A stretch of 64,000 nucleotides of DNA. Source: an uncultured delta proteobacterium (GTDB taxonomy: Bacteria > Myxococcota_A > Polyangia > Fen-1088). This document shows, in pieces, positions 61,816-64,000 of this stretch. Made by a program: the position numbers and the translations under genes. The notes under the pieces were generated by a model. The model searched no databases and was not told where the DNA came from. It worked only from the letters and a program-made list of their open reading frames with translations. Every line of letters begins with the position of its first letter. Positions within the stretch are counted from its first letter, which is position 1. The DNA is taken from contig CAWCMR010000005.1 in NCBI GenBank assembly GCA_963796685.1, positions 1-64,000 on the forward strand, in the 5' to 3' direction.

Positions 61816-62619
61816 TCAGCCGCCGGCGATTCCGGTGGTGAAGAGCACGGGCACCGGCATGCGGATACCGTCCGGCTTTTGCAGCGCGGCCACCTCGGCC
61901 AGATGCTGCGCCCTGAACGCCGCCTGGTCGGCGGAGGCCACGCGGCCGATCAAACGACGAAAGCCGGCGTTCCAGATCACGCGCCACCATTCGTCAGGGC
62001 CGGCCAGATAGTAGCCCAGGTCTTTGCTCTCGACCTCGACCTGCGCGAGACCGGCCTGCTCGAAGAGCCTCCGACACCCCTCCGGGCTGCCGATGCGCAG
62101 CCAGGTCGGAGGCGGAGCCTGCACGCCGAACCGGCCAAGGCGCGCCATCATGAGCGAGCGCAACGGCTCCATGTAGTCGTGGCTGAAGTTGCTGAGCATC
62201 ACGCGTCCGCCCGGCTTGACCGTCTTGGCGATGAGCTGGAGCTGCGCCTCCATGTCCTCGACGAAGAAGATGCCGAAGGCACACACCGCGACGTCGAAGA
62301 CAGCCTGCGACGCCAGCGCCTGCATGTCGCGTTCGACGAAATCGACGTTGTGGAGCCCGGCCGCGTGGGTCTTGGCGCGCGCCTGGGCCAGCATGGCGGG
62401 CGAGAAGTCGACCGCGGTCAGCCGTCCGCGTGGCAAGCGGCGGGCGATGGCCAGCGACACGTGCCCGGTTCCGCAGGCCAGGTCGAGCACGTGCTCGTCA
62501 CCGCGCAGACCGAGGTGCTCCGCCATATGGGTGGCACTGGCGTGGAAGAAGCGCAGGGCCGGGTCGTCGTAGCCGTCGGCGACGGCGTCAAAGGTGTCCT
62601 TGATGAGGCGCTTTTGCAT
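61816..62619 (-). CDS. Class I SAM-dependent methyltransferase
   Basis: VLDLACGTG, VDFSPAML, KPGG. Confidence 0.88.
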   Translation of the reverse strand: MQKRLIKDTFDAVADGYDDPALRFFHASATHMAEHLGLRGDEHVLDLACGTGHVSLAIARRLPRGRLTAVDFSPAMLAQARAKTHAAGLHNVDFVERDMQALASQAVFDVAVCAFGIFFVEDMEAQLQLIAKTVKPGGRVMLSNFSHDYMEPLRSLMMARLGRFGVQAPPPTWLRIGSPEGCRRLFEQAGLAQVEVESKDLGYYLAGPDEWWRVIWNAGFRRLIGRVASADQAAFRAQHLAEVAALQKPDGIRMPVPVLFTTGIAGG

Positions 62620-62708
62620 GGGATGCGGACGGAAGTATCGCACGAATGTCGATTCATGAGCGCGACCTGAGCCGCCGGACGGTCCTGTCCGCACTGCCCT
62701 GGCGAAAC

Positions 62709-64000
62709 ATGAAAAAACTGGTCCTGACAATCGGCCTCATGGGAAGTCTCGTCGCTTGCGGTGGTCACGGCTCATCGAACCGGGTGGCTCCACGGGATGC
62801 ATCGCCGCCACCTGCGGATGCCGCTTCCGGCACCGGTGGCGTGATCGCGACCGGAGGCACTTTCGGGAGCGGCGGAGCTGGCGCTGGCGGGGCGACTGCC
62901 GTCGGCGGGGTCGGCGGGACCGGCGGCGCAACCATCGGGACTGGCGGCACGACGGCGACCGGTGGCACCACAGCGGCCGGCGGAGACTCCGGCAGCAGCG
63001 CGAGCGCGGCCGGTGGTGGCACCGGTGGTGTGAAGGCAACCGGTGGCACGACCGCCGTGGGAGGAAGCCCTGCGACGGGCGGGACCACGAGCACAGGTGG
63101 CACCACGGGCGCTGGCGGCACCACAGGGGCGGGGGCCACCACGGGCACAGGCGGGACCAGCCCGAAGTGGTCGACCGGTGCGCCCGAGACCAAGCCCTCG
63201 GGTTACGGTCAGGCGGCCACGGGATGCGGCTCGGGTACCGCGGTCACCGCCAGCACCCTCGCCGCTGCCCAGGCGGCCATCGACGGCTATTCCGGTAGCG
63301 GTGGCTTGTGCATTCGCTACACCGGGACCTTCGACTTCGCGACCATTCCCGATCCCTGCACGCAGCACACTCTCGCCGCGCAGATCCTCGAGATCAAGAA
63401 CACCGGCGACATCACGCTGCTGGGCGCGGACGGCTCGGCGGCCAACTTCGGCGTGCACATCGCATCGGCGGCCAGCAACATCATCGTCCGCAACATGCGC
63501 TTCGGTCTGTTGCCCGGCGGAAGCGACTCGGACGCCGTCAGCATCGAAGGCATGAGCGGCGGGGTGCCGACCAACATCTGGATCGATCACAACGAGCTGT
63601 GGAGCTCGATGGTCGAGTGCGCCGGCGCGGGCGACACATCGTTCGACGGCCTCATCGACATGAAGAAGGGCGCCGACAACGTCACCGTCTCGTACAACTA
63701 CATGCATGACCACCACAAGGTCAGCCTCAACGGCTACAGCGACAGCGACGCCGTGGTTCGCCACGCGACCTTCCACCACAACGTCTTCGAGAACGTCGGC
63801 TCGCGCACGCCGCTCCAGCGCGGCGGCTATACCCACATGCTCAACAACTACTTCCATCAAATCACCACTTCGGGCGCCAACATCCGCATGGGCGGCTATT
63901 CGCTCATCGAGGGCAATTACTTCGAAGACGTGGAGAACCCGGTCACTTCGCGCGACAGCTCGGCCATCGGCTACTGGGACCTGCGCAACAACAACGTCAC
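62709..64000 (+). CDS. Pectate lyase (PL1) lipoprotein with a Gly/Thr-rich linker; runs off the window
   Basis: MKKLVL...LVAC lipobox; NIIVRN, NIWIDHNEL, DGLID, RTPLQRGG all in one open frame. Confidence 0.9.
   Translation, partial: MKKLVLTIGLMGSLVACGGHGSSNRVAPRDASPPPADAASGTGGVIATGGTFGSGGAGAGGATAVGGVGGTGGATIGTGGTTATGGTTAAGGDSGSSASAAGGGTGGVKATGGTTAVGGSPATGGTTSTGGTTGAGGTTGAGATTGTGGTSPKWSTGAPETKPSGYGQAATGCGSGTAVTASTLAAAQAAIDGYSGSGGLCIRYTGTFDFATIPDPCTQHTLAAQILEIKNTGDITLLGADGSAANFGVHIASAASNIIVRNMRFGLLPGGSDSDAVSIEGMSGGVPTNIWIDHNELWSSMVECAGAGDTSFDGLIDMKKGADNVTVSYNYMHDHHKVSLNGYSDSDAVVRHATFHHNVFENVGSRTPLQRGGYTHMLNNYFHQITTSGANIRMGGYSLIEGNYFEDVENPVTSRDSSAIGYWDLRNNNV

Overview
GC-rich bacterial chromosomal window; gene content suggests a myxobacterium or relative (inference). 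A sufBCDSUT Fe-S assembly operon (1285-6984) is followed by an IS91/ISCR-type HUH rolling-circle transposase (7135-8637) whose right end is ...CCCCTTCGATTCGCTTATGCAC. From there to about 43.3 kb lies a tandem gene-capture array: [unrelated cargo] + [5'-truncated sufS, sufU, sufT] + [ISCR derivative], repeated four times. The cargos are T6SS accessory genes (DUF2169, PAAR-like), a GDP-heptose/surface-glycosylation cluster with a putative ADP-ribosyltransferase toxin pair, a Tae4/Tai4 effector-immunity pair, and a HAD + TIR-domain operon. The layout parallels ISCR1 complex class 1 integrons, but the homology anchor is a housekeeping suf segment rather than qacEdelta1/sul1. The rest (43.3-64 kb) is ordinary or partly decayed chromosome: MFS, kinase, GH5, FIST plus hybrid kinase, PLD-VTT, EEP, transketolase, methyltransferase and pectate lyase. 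All family calls come from reading motifs by eye; no database search was run.
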